Part shown: piece after piece, positions 1 to 7,491 of the stretch
Layout of the letters: each line of letters starts with the position of its first letter
Position numbering within the stretch: position 1 is the first letter of the stretch
DNA from: Planctomyces sp.
Lineage (GTDB): Bacteria; Planctomycetota; Planctomycetia; Planctomycetales; Planctomycetaceae
NCBI GenBank assembly: GCA_027483145.1
Contig: JAIXVG010000306.1
Coordinates: 1 to 12,351 of the forward strand
DNA: 12,351 nucleotides
Direction: 5' to 3'
The notes under the pieces: generated by a model
Database searches by the model: none
What the model was told of the DNA's origin: nothing
Seen by the model: only the letters and a program-made list of their open reading frames with translations
Translations under genes and position numbers: made by a program

Positions 1-315
1 AGCCACGCTGGCAAGTGGTTCCCAGCCCGTGGCGATCTCAATGCCAGGAACATTGGTGGCAATCGCTTTCGTCTCGCCACCATTGTCGGTCCCCGGCTTC
101 GGGTCAAACGTCTCCATTTGGCTCGGCCCGCCCGACATCCACAGCACGATCAGCGACTTGCCCTGCTTTTTAAGCTCGTCCGCCCGCAATCCGGGTAAAC
201 CCATCGAACCAAACAGCCCACCCGCCACGGCACCGGCCGAGACCGATTCCACAAACCCACGCCGACTCACACGCCCACCGGCCCAGTTCAAGTATTCGTG
301 CCAACGCAATGACAT
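1..315 (-). CDS. DUF1501 domain protein (sulfatase-like fold, Tat signal), N-terminal part; continues beyond the left edge of the window
   Basis: Reverse-strand ATG at 315..313 translates to MSLRWHEYLNWAGGRVSRRGFVESVSAGAVAGGLFG...LKKQGKSLIVLWMSGGPSQMETFDPKPGTDNGGE. It has a twin-arginine motif (SRRGFV) and the LWMSGGPSQMETFDPKP block typical of DUF1501. There is no stop before position 1, and the ORF track omits it because it runs off the edge. It sits in the usual position downstream of a DUF1549/DUF1553 gene. Confidence 0.8.
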   Translation of the reverse strand, partial: MSLRWHEYLNWAGGRVSRRGFVESVSAGAVAGGLFGSMGLPGLRADELKKQGKSLIVLWMSGGPSQMETFDPKPGTDNGGETKAIATNVPGIEIATGWEPLASVA

Positions 316-358
316 GTTTGCTTCCCTTTTACAGTATGGCCATTGATGCAATTAGAGG

Positions 359-391
359 TCTTTGTGTGCCACTGGCGATGCCAGTGCATAT
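359..391. repeat. 16-nt motif TCTTTGTGTGCCACTG followed by a hairpin (stem CACTGGC/GCCAGTG, extendable to about 12 bp); copy 1 of 2
   Basis: Exact 16-mer also at 6360..6375, also followed by a hairpin starting CACTG. It lies 44 to 76 nt upstream of the DUF1501 start codon on the opposite strand. Confidence 0.6.
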
Positions 392-496
392 CAAACTGAG
401 TCTTGTAGGGTGCGTCCTGACGCACCGTTTCAAGTAGCCTGAGATATCCCGTTCCAGCTACGGTCTTCCATCTGAAATCTGCAGCCACATGGGCCC

Positions 497-2380
497 CTAT
501 CGTCTTGATAGAAACTCGGTACTGTTAAGCAGGCTCCACAACAGGTCTTCAAAGCCTTCCGCTCGATCTTTCGCGTTAGACACATACTCGATGGCAATCG
601 CCTGCTCAGCTGCGGTAGGCTCACGCGATAGTGTAAGCAAATACAATTCAGTGACCGCAGGCTCATTACTGGGGAACTTCTTCAGGATCTGATGCAGCCT
701 CGATTCACCACTCCCGCGTAGCGCGTCCTTTAGCACAGCCGAGTTCATCAGAAACAAAGCTTGTGGGACGTTACCAATCAAATCATCTCGCGGCGTCGAA
801 GGATCGAAACCAAACAACAGTCGAAACTGTTGCCGCGGATTGTTACGAAATGGCCCACCTTGCCCTCCGCGTGTCGCTTGGGCAACCACCGGCTCTTCAT
901 ACCCCAAAACATCAATCAAAGCATTGAAAATCTGATCCGACCGCAGTCGAGTTGCCTTTGCTGCCGCAAATGGCAACGCGGCTGGTGTTGCATCACCCTG
1001 CAGCACCGCCCGCTGATACGCCTTGCTCAGTGCAATCGATTTCAGCAGCCAGCGAATGTCATAGCCCGACGCGGCAAACCGCTGCGACAATTCATCAAAC
1101 AGCACAGGATAAACTGCGGTGCGAGTCGGCCCCAAATCGTCGATCGGCATCACAAAGCCTTCACCCAATAGTTCCGACCACATCCGATTGACGAATGCTT
1201 TGGCGAACCACGGATTCGCTGGCGTTGCCAGCTTCCTGGCCAATTCCTCACGACGGGGAACGTCCTCCATTCCACTAACGGGTCTCGAACCATCAACAAA
1301 GAATCGCGGCTCGACCAGTTTTCCCTTGGAAGAGGGATCATTCAAATCGGGCATATAGTATTCGAGGCTCCCCCGTCCTTTGGGGTCAGGCTCGGGGATC
1401 GCTTTCAGTTCTTCCGCATCCAGCATCCCATCCTTGTTTGCATCCGCAACACTCAGGCCCAGTTCAAACACCCGGCCTAAAGCCCCTCCCACCTTCGACT
1501 GCTCGACCTCCTGCTTCGAGATTTTGCCATCTTTGTTCTTGTCGACTCGGGCAATCAGCCGTTCAGGATTGTCGCGAAACGCAGCTCTCGCAGGTCGCCC
1601 TTTGTTCATCGAAACGATCTCAAAGGCTCGGACGTTCCCGTCACCTGTAGCCCGACGCGATTGAACTCGGGGAAAGTAAGCCGCCAGTTCATGAAACTGA
1701 TCCCGCTTCCAGATATCGGTCGGATGATCATGGCAATTTGCGCACTGAATCTGGATCCCGCAAAAAATGCGGCAGACTTCAGCCGCCACTTCATCAGCAG
1801 CCCCCCCGTGGGCAAACATCAGTGCGGTCGATCCATCTTCGCCAGTATGCCCTGTGGCTGTAATCAGCTTCGTCGCAATCTTATCCCATGATTCATTCGC
1901 AGCTAATTCGTTCGCCATCCAGTCGACAAAGACATTCGTCACACCTTGAGCACGCTGCTCAGTGGCGGGCATGAAGATCACATCCCGCCAATACCTGCTG
2001 AAGTTGAGCGTGTACTTGTTGGTCGCCAGCAAGCGATCGATGGCCGCTTCCCGTTTCTTTGGCGATGGATCAAGCGCAAACAAGGCCAGTTCCCCGGGCG
2101 ATGGCAGCTCCCCTGCCAGATCAAGCGAGACTCGCCGCAAGAAGTCCTGGTCCTTAGCCAATCCGGTTGGAACAATCCCAGCAGCAGCTAACTCATTCTC
2201 AATCAGCGTATCAATTGTCGCTGCCATCTCTGCCGGAGACTTAGGGTCTACTCGCAGTGAATTGGCTCGAGGCGCTTCGTTCCCGGCAACCTCTGCTCCC
2301 TGTGCTGGCAACTGACCCGAAGCATGCAGCACAAAGCCGCCAATCGTCCACGCCAGCCCCACCATCAGCAGTCGACTCAT
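497..2380 (-). CDS. DUF1549/DUF1553 (PSCyt2/PSD1-type) secreted protein with CxxCH motif and a pair of EF-hand loops
   Basis: Long ORF with high third-position GC. CANCHDHPTDIWKRDQFHELAAYF is a CxxCH block typical of DUF1549. The C-terminal half carries DUF1553-like blocks (WFAKAFVNRMWSELLGEGFV, LLFGFD). Two canonical EF-hand loops are present (DKNKDGKISKQE and DANKDGMLDAEE). The likely start is the ATG at 2380, giving MSRLLMVGLAWTIGGFVLHASGQ as signal peptide. The longest ORF starts at 2467 and adds 29 non-signal-like residues. Confidence 0.85.
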   Translation of the reverse strand: MSRLLMVGLAWTIGGFVLHASGQLPAQGAEVAGNEAPRANSLRVDPKSPAEMAATIDTLIENELAAAGIVPTGLAKDQDFLRRVSLDLAGELPSPGELALFALDPSPKKREAAIDRLLATNKYTLNFSRYWRDVIFMPATEQRAQGVTNVFVDWMANELAANESWDKIATKLITATGHTGEDGSTALMFAHGGAADEVAAEVCRIFCGIQIQCANCHDHPTDIWKRDQFHELAAYFPRVQSRRATGDGNVRAFEIVSMNKGRPARAAFRDNPERLIARVDKNKDGKISKQEVEQSKVGGALGRVFELGLSVADANKDGMLDAEELKAIPEPDPKGRGSLEYYMPDLNDPSSKGKLVEPRFFVDGSRPVSGMEDVPRREELARKLATPANPWFAKAFVNRMWSELLGEGFVMPIDDLGPTRTAVYPVLFDELSQRFAASGYDIRWLLKSIALSKAYQRAVLQGDATPAALPFAAAKATRLRSDQIFNALIDVLGYEEPVVAQATRGGQGGPFRNNPRQQFRLLFGFDPSTPRDDLIGNVPQALFLMNSAVLKDALRGSGESRLHQILKKFPSNEPAVTELYLLTLSREPTAAEQAIAIEYVSNAKDRAEGFEDLLWSLLNSTEFLSRR

Positions 2381-2572
2381 GTTGCACGACTTCCACAAGC
2401 GGGTAATCCAACAGCCAAGAACAGCGGACATGAGAAACCTCCAGCAACGATACCCTGATTGGATCATTCAGCCGCTAACCATTTCGTGACCCGACCAGCC
2501 GGCTCGGCCCATCCGTCTTGGTCGCAGCAGCCAATCCCGATACCTAGTTAAACCTCAGCCGGTCCAAATGGT

Positions 2573-2607
2573 TTCGGAAATTCTCGAAAAAGCCCTCTCA
2601 TCGGGCT
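2573..2607. promoter_or_regulatory. Imperfect 16-bp palindrome TTCGGAAATTCTCGAA followed by a hairpin (AAGCCC/GGGCTT) in the divergent promoter region
   Basis: Located in the 558-bp AT-richer intergenic region between the divergently transcribed DUF1553 gene (-) and the zinc-ribbon membrane protein gene (+). The palindrome matches its own reverse complement at 12 of 16 positions. Confidence 0.25.
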
Positions 2608-3025
2608 TGATCTAAACAGTCGAAAAAATCGTAAAGTACTTACTGGAAATAGCTTACAACTGATGATTCGTGTTCGGCCCAGCCCGTCTTTAGTCCCATA
2701 CGCCAATGGCCAAAACCCCGCCCGTCCTAGGTCGAGTTGATCTTTCCCCCCACGGTCGCGAATCTCTGGTGGTTGGTGATATTCTCTTAACTCCCAATCC
2801 GCGACCGATTTACGCACCACTGCCAGTTTTCGGCGAAACCCACTTCGCTAAAGTAAGCCCCCAGCGCTTGGGGAATCTTTGTACGACCAGCCTTCGGCCT
2901 TTTTGACCGCAGCCAGCGAGTCGTTCAAACTGGACGCGTCAAGTCATCTCGCCGCGAATAAACCAGTCGAATTTTGGTAGATTACTAGAGCCAGTAATTT
3001 CTGTTCTCCAGACCAGGCAGTCCTG

Positions 3026-4867
3026 ATGGCCGTTAAAGTTCAGTGCAGTTTTTGCGAAAAAGTTCTGACGGTCCCTGACGCAGCTCGCGGCAAAGCCGTT
3101 CGTTGTCCTGCTTGCGAAACGAAAATCCCAATTCCTTTGGGCAAAGATAAACCCCTTCCAAAAAAGAAGAAGGATGGAGCTCAGGATTCGTCCGACGCCA
3201 TCGCCTCACTCGACCTCTCCAAAGCCGAAGCCGCTTCAGCCAGCATCTGCCGCAAGTGCGGCTCCGATGTCGATGAAGAAGCAACCGAATGCCCCGTCTG
3301 CGGAATCGATCTCGCCACAGGCGATGTTGGTGCTACCGCCAAAAAGAAGGCCCGCGGCGGTCCCGACCCCGACCTCTTCTTCAAAGGACTCCTCAAAGAC
3401 GGCTTCAAGTTCCTCGGTAAGAACCAGCTCCTGGCTTGGCGATCGATCGTTTACTCGTCTGTCGCCTCCCTTCTGATGTTTGGCTCGTTGTTCATGTACC
3501 TTTGGAACTCGACCTGGCCTCCCCAGTATTTCTGGGCACTGGTCGGAATCGTGGCCGCGTTATCAATCCCCGGCTGGTATTGGTACCTCGGCATCGAAAC
3601 GATCAAGCTGACGATGGAAAAGAAGGACAAGTTCAAGCGCCTCAACTACGATTTCTTTATGTCGAGCGCATCAGGCATCCAGTCGGTCGTTTGGAGTACC
3701 CTGTTCGTTCTGCCCCTGCAAATCATTCCCATGGCCTTGGCCTATGTGATGGTCTCGATCGGCGGCTATCCATCGTTTCTTTACGCGGTCTGCGCCTCAG
3801 TCGGATATCTCTTCCTCCTGTCGATGTTCCCAATCGTCATGTCCCACATGTCGATGCCCATTACCTATCCCGGCTGGATGATCTGGAAGATCGCTCCCAT
3901 CTGGCAAAGACTGCTCAAACCTACCGTCTGGTGGACACTCTTGACCCTGATGCTCTGTCTCCCTGCCGCAGGCATCGTTGGAACAGCCGCAGCCATCTCC
4001 GGACCCAAAGTCGCCGAGATCGGCGGCGTGATGCTGAACAACGCCGCCATCGTCCGGGCCAAATATGCCTTCGAGAATCGCCCCAAACCCAAAAAGGGAA
4101 TGGCCCCCGCCCAGGGAGCCGACCCCAACGAAGAACTCGCCAAAAAAGAGCCAGCCGACTTCAACCTCACCCCCACCTTATTGCCCATGGGCCTCTGGAT
4201 TCTGGCCTGCGCCGTTCAAGCCTTCATGATGCCAGTCATCCTCCGCATGCTGGCCAACTTCACCTACTACCACAAATCAAGTTTGGACCTCATCACCAGA
4301 GCCAAAGAATACAAATACGTCGCCAAAGAAAAATTGGATGAAGACGAGGAAGGGGTTGAAAAACCAATGCAGGTCAAGGACGGAGCCGTCTTGGGGGGCG
4401 TGTTCGTCCTCCTCGGCATCGTCGGCGGTTTGCTCTACGGCAGCCTGTTTGAAGTCGGAATCGGCAACGGAATCATCTGGGGGATGTGCGTTGGCTCGGG
4501 CATCGGCAGCATTGTTGGTTGGATTATGGGCGTAGTTGCTGCCTTCGGCGTTTCGGTCGCCCAAGGATTTCTTTGCCTGTTCGTCCCCTTCTACATCGTC
4601 TATTTCTGGTCGAAGCATTGGGAAGAATCAAAGGTGGCGACCACTGTCTGTGGAACGTGCATCGTTGCATTCGTCTTTAGCTCCCTGATCCTATTCCTGG
4701 TCGTGCTTGAACCTAACCAGCCAACAACCGACGCTCCACCCAACGCCAACCAACCCCCCGCCGGCATCGCACCCGCAATCCCCGGTGCTCCCCCCGGCGG
4801 CGCAAATCCTCCGGCCGCGGTCGCACCAGCCAACCCTGCGCCACCCGCTGGTCCTCCCGCGCCGTAA
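3026..4867 (+). CDS. Double zinc-ribbon polytopic membrane protein with Pro/Ala-rich C-terminal tail (hypothetical)
   Basis: 613-aa ORF. Two N-terminal CxxC...CxxC zinc ribbons (CSFCEKV...CPACETK and CRKCGSD...CPVCGID) and a lysine-rich linker. At least 8 long hydrophobic segments follow. The tail is low-complexity (PPNANQPPAGIAPAIPGAPPGGANPPAAVAPANPAPPAGPPAP). Codon usage is consistent with the neighbouring genes. Confidence 0.75.
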   Translation: MAVKVQCSFCEKVLTVPDAARGKAVRCPACETKIPIPLGKDKPLPKKKKDGAQDSSDAIASLDLSKAEAASASICRKCGSDVDEEATECPVCGIDLATGDVGATAKKKARGGPDPDLFFKGLLKDGFKFLGKNQLLAWRSIVYSSVASLLMFGSLFMYLWNSTWPPQYFWALVGIVAALSIPGWYWYLGIETIKLTMEKKDKFKRLNYDFFMSSASGIQSVVWSTLFVLPLQIIPMALAYVMVSIGGYPSFLYAVCASVGYLFLLSMFPIVMSHMSMPITYPGWMIWKIAPIWQRLLKPTVWWTLLTLMLCLPAAGIVGTAAAISGPKVAEIGGVMLNNAAIVRAKYAFENRPKPKKGMAPAQGADPNEELAKKEPADFNLTPTLLPMGLWILACAVQAFMMPVILRMLANFTYYHKSSLDLITRAKEYKYVAKEKLDEDEEGVEKPMQVKDGAVLGGVFVLLGIVGGLLYGSLFEVGIGNGIIWGMCVGSGIGSIVGWIMGVVAAFGVSVAQGFLCLFVPFYIVYFWSKHWEESKVATTVCGTCIVAFVFSSLILFLVVLEPNQPTTDAPPNANQPPAGIAPAIPGAPPGGANPPAAVAPANPAPPAGPPAP

Positions 4868-5049
4868 AGTCCGACTCACAAGCTGCTTGCCCCACCCACT
4901 GCACAGACACGAATTCACACAGCTGCAGCGCTACGTCCAGCAGCAGTCGAGGCCCCTGTTGATAATCCCTCCAAACAGCTAATCATACGCCTTGTTAAAC
5001 GCACTCCTTTTATTCCAAACCTACTATCCGGGTCCCCCCAAAAACCACC

Positions 5050-6324
5050 ATGCCCCTCGCCGCCATTGAACACGTCAACCCCGTCGAAGCCCGGATGCTT
5101 GTCGTCCTCTTACAACTAATCGTCATGATCGCCGCCGCGCGGCTCGGAGGATACCTCTTCTCCCTCATGCGACAGCCGCAAGTCGTCGGAGAAATCGCCG
5201 CAGGCCTCTTCCTTGGGCCTTCCTGTTTAGGCCGACTAAACCCCGAACTCCTCGCGAGCATCTTCCCCAAAACCGTCGCTCCCATCTTCGAGACCATGGG
5301 CCAGCTCGGCCTCATCTTCCTCATGTTCATCATCGGCATGGAGTTCGAATTCAGCCACTTACGCAAGCTCGGCAAAACCGCCCTCGGCATCGGACTCTCT
5401 GGCGTCCTCCTCCCATTCTTCCTCGCCCTGCCACTGGCCATCTGGATGCAGCCCTACGTTGCCAGCGATATCTCAGCCGTTGGGTTCTCTCTGTTCGTTG
5501 CAACTGCCTGCACCGTCACTGCCATCCCCATCCTCGGACGAATCATGATCGAGTTTGGCATCAACCGCACCCGGCTCGGGGCACTCACCATCTCAGCCGC
5601 AGCACTCGATGACGCACTCATCTGGATTATGCTCGCCACCGTCGCCGCCATCGTCAAAGGAAACTTTCAGCTCTCAAACGTCGCCATCATGCTCTTACTC
5701 GCAGCCTCATTTGTCGCTGCCGTCTGGCTAATCGCTCGGCCACTCCTCATTCGCTGGCTGAATGGGGTTCTCAAGCAGAACCACGAAACGCTCCCCCTCG
5801 TCCCCTTGTCGTTTCTGCTCCTCATCATTCTGGCTGCTGCCATCACCAGCAACTGGATTGGCATCTTCTCCATCATCGGCCCATTCGTTCTCGGAGCCTC
5901 CCTCTTCGATCAGCACAAATTTCGCGAAGCCTTCAACTCACGCACTCGCGAGTTTGTCTACGGGCTTCTCTTGCCGGTCTTCTTCACCTACACCGGCCTG
6001 CGCACCGATATCGGCACCCTCGATTCGCCTCAACTTTGGCTCTTTTGCGGCCTCATCGTCCTCGTGGCCATGACGGGCAAAATCGTGGGCTGTGGTCTGG
6101 CCGCAAAAGTGGGTGGTCTCTCCTGGCCCGAAGCAGGCTGCGTCGCTGTGATGATGAATACCCGCGCCCTCATGGGACTCATCGCCATCAACGTCGGCCG
6201 CGACCTGGGCGTCATCCCCCCCAGCGTCTTCTGCATGCTGATCATCATGGCCGTAGCCAGCACCTTCATGTGCAGCCCCCTCCTGGCCCTCCTCCTCCCC
6301 AAAGTCAAACACCTCCACGACTAA
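5050..6324 (+). CDS. Cation:proton antiporter, CPA2 family (Na+/H+ exchanger domain), membrane-only form without a KTN/TrkA domain
   Basis: 424 aa with about 12 predicted TM helices. The GEIAAGLFLGPS motif near TM1-2 is characteristic of the Kef/NapA-type Na_H_exchanger family. The remainder is hydrophobic polytopic sequence. Confidence 0.85.
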   Translation: MPLAAIEHVNPVEARMLVVLLQLIVMIAAARLGGYLFSLMRQPQVVGEIAAGLFLGPSCLGRLNPELLASIFPKTVAPIFETMGQLGLIFLMFIIGMEFEFSHLRKLGKTALGIGLSGVLLPFFLALPLAIWMQPYVASDISAVGFSLFVATACTVTAIPILGRIMIEFGINRTRLGALTISAAALDDALIWIMLATVAAIVKGNFQLSNVAIMLLLAASFVAAVWLIARPLLIRWLNGVLKQNHETLPLVPLSFLLLIILAAAITSNWIGIFSIIGPFVLGASLFDQHKFREAFNSRTREFVYGLLLPVFFTYTGLRTDIGTLDSPQLWLFCGLIVLVAMTGKIVGCGLAAKVGGLSWPEAGCVAVMMNTRALMGLIAINVGRDLGVIPPSVFCMLIIMAVASTFMCSPLLALLLPKVKHLHD

Positions 6325-6359
6325 CGGAATCACTCGGCCAGCGGTCCACCAAGCCCAAC

Positions 6360-6393
6360 TCTTTGTGTGCCACTGCTGGCTTGCCCAGCAGTG
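6360..6393. repeat. Second copy of the 16-nt motif TCTTTGTGTGCCACTG plus hairpin (CACTGCTGG-cttgc-CCAGCAGTG)
   Basis: Exact 16/16 match to 359..374. It lies 36 nt after the antiporter stop codon. Confidence 0.6.
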
Positions 6394-6398
6394 CGATA

Positions 6399-6487
6399 CT
6401 GCCGGCAGGGTGGCATGCAACGCCGTCCACGATTTCAACCTGTGTTTAGCAGGAGTTCGCCGAGTTTCTGGCGGCAGGGTGGCATGC
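6399..6487 (+). repeat. Two 20-nt direct repeats CTG(C/G)CGGCAGGGTGGCATGC, at 6399..6418 and 6468..6487
   Basis: 19 of 20 positions identical, copies 69 nt apart. The first copy contains the 10-nt palindrome CTGCCGGCAG. Both contain the GCATGC palindrome. Confidence 0.6.
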
Positions 6488-6512
6488 TTGTCCTTGGACA
6501 AGCATGGTTTTC
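6483..6512 (+). terminator. Putative intrinsic terminator (11-bp stem CATGCTTGTCC/GGACAAGCATG, 2-nt loop, then GTTTTC)
   Basis: Perfect inverted repeat 6483..6506 followed by a T-tract at 6508..6511. It lies about 160 nt downstream of the antiporter stop and overlaps the second direct-repeat copy. Confidence 0.4.
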
Positions 6513-6695
6513 GGGCACGTTGCGAGCACCGTATCAACAGCGATCGTTCCCTTCAACATACTCGCTCTGGGCCGAAAGCATGGCATCCTGAAGTATGGGT
6601 GAAAGAAGTGAGTCTGGTTGCATTCACAGCCGCCGAGTCAGCCTGATGCAAGATGACCGGGGTGTCCAATACACCTGTGACTTCGCTGGGTAGCC

Positions 6696-6760
6696 CAGGT
6701 TGGCGTCATCACCTGCCTGGGGCCGAAGGCCAAGAGGCTTGGTTTTAATCAGCCGCAACA
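6696..6760 (+). repeat. About 65-nt intergenic element, copy A (CAGGTTGGC...CCTGG..GCC.AAGGCCAAGAGGCT...TAA..AGCCGCAA)
   Basis: About 75% identical to 9243..9307 in the same orientation. Both copies share the exact 14-mer AAGGCCAAGAGGCT and the blocks CAGGTTGGC and AGCCGCAA. Confidence 0.5.
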
Positions 6761-6953
6761 ACAGCTAGCCTCTCTCGGCTGCGCCACTCCAAAAGGCATG
6801 CCGACGAGCCAACCGGGGCCAGCCGCGAACCCGTAAGCAAGAAGTGGCGTCATCAATGAGCTCCAATGATGTCTCCGTCCAGCGGCAGCCGCGCCACCCG
6901 GAAGGGTTGGGCAGCGTCTGTTCCGGACATGGGTTCTAAGCGGAACTCGGGGG

Positions 6954-7025
6954 AGCAGGTTAGCTCAACGGTAGAGCACCAGTTTAGGGAACTGGGGGTT
7001 GCGGGTTCGATTCCCGTTCCACACA
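6954..7025 (+). tRNA. tRNA-like cloverleaf, possibly a pseudo-tRNA or tRNA-derived fragment: canonical D-arm, anticodon arm (loop TTAGGGA, apparent anticodon AGG) and T-arm, but the 5' and 3' acceptor strands do not pair
   Basis: TA-GCTC-AACGGTA-GAGC (D-arm), CCAGT-TTAGGGA-ACTGG (anticodon arm), GCGGG-TTCGATT-CCCGT (T-arm), then TCCACAC-A. The seven nucleotides in front of the D-arm (AGCAGGT) are not complementary to TCCACAC. The opposite strand shows GGAATCGAACC, so the tRNA sense is on the + strand. Confidence 0.4.
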
Positions 7026-7421
7026 TCGGCTAGAAACCGATTCGACGAAAAGGTTGCAAGACCTATTCGACCAAGAAGCCCAAGGGAGACGGACGATCGG
7101 TAGAATCAGCCCGCACTCGGTTCGCCGCAAGGTGGTTCGCCGTGGTGTGGGCAGCATGGAAAAACACACTGCAGGTCGCGGATTCCGCCGAAGCGCAGGT
7201 TCGACAACGGCGCGGGAACGGGTGAGCTGAAGAGACTGGTGGTTCGCCGCCGGTCGAAGGCTGGTCCTAAACCGCTCTGACGTCAAACAAGACTGCGGCT
7301 TAAGCGTCACTCCGTGTTTTCTCGTGTGATTCGCGACCGTTCCGTCTTTCGCGGTGCTTGACAGACTAAAGACCTGAGGCTTGAGACTGTAGGTAATACG
7401 TTTGGCGTCCTGCGTATTCCC

Positions 7422-7491
7422 CTCCAGCCTCCAGCCTCCAGCCTCAAGCCTCAAGCCTCAAGCCTCAAGCCTCAAGCCTCAAGCCTCAAGC
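7422..7491. repeat. Heptanucleotide tandem repeat: (CTCCAGC)x3 followed by (CTCAAGC)x7, 70 bp in total
   Basis: Ten perfect 7-nt units at 7422..7491. The array ends one base before the stop codon (complement of 7492..7494) of the four-helix-bundle gene. Confidence 0.9.

Noticed and set aside
29-346. 105-aa plus-strand ORF
   Set aside because: It lies antisense to the recognisable DUF1501 N-terminus (Tat signal plus LWMSGGPSQMETFDPKP block) encoded on the minus strand.
2548-2906. Small ORFs (90 aa on the minus strand, 66 aa on the plus strand) in the divergent promoter region
   Set aside because: No hydrophobic core or recognisable motif. They overlap each other on opposite strands in an AT-richer regulatory spacer.
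5938-6537. 199-aa minus-strand ORF, with similar long antisense ORFs at 3436..4341 (+) and 4277..4618 (-)
   Set aside because: They overlap strongly supported membrane-protein genes. They are the usual high-GC antisense open frames, with Arg/His/Pro-rich, compositionally biased translations.
6365-6646. 93-aa Cys-rich ORF in the intergenic block
   Set aside because: Its repeated GRVAC segments are just the translation of the 20-nt direct repeats. No signal, TM or known-family features, and it spans a terminator-like hairpin.
7025-7420. tmRNA (GATTCGACG and GGTTCGACAACGG resemble the tmRNA 5' motif; ...GCGGCTTAA could end a tag ORF)
   Set aside because: No 5' GGGG acceptor partner. The candidate tag TALTSNKTAA lacks the usual hydrophobic ALAA-type end. 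The upstream element has a full anticodon arm, which tmRNA lacks. Left as unexplained T-loop-like motifs.
6984-7454. 156-aa minus-strand ORF
   Set aside because: It runs antisense through the tRNA-like element and starts inside the heptad microsatellite. The composition looks like translated non-coding DNA, with repetitive EAGGWRLEG from the repeat.
7422-7491. CRISPR array
   Set aside because: The units are 7 nt with no spacers, so this is a simple microsatellite.
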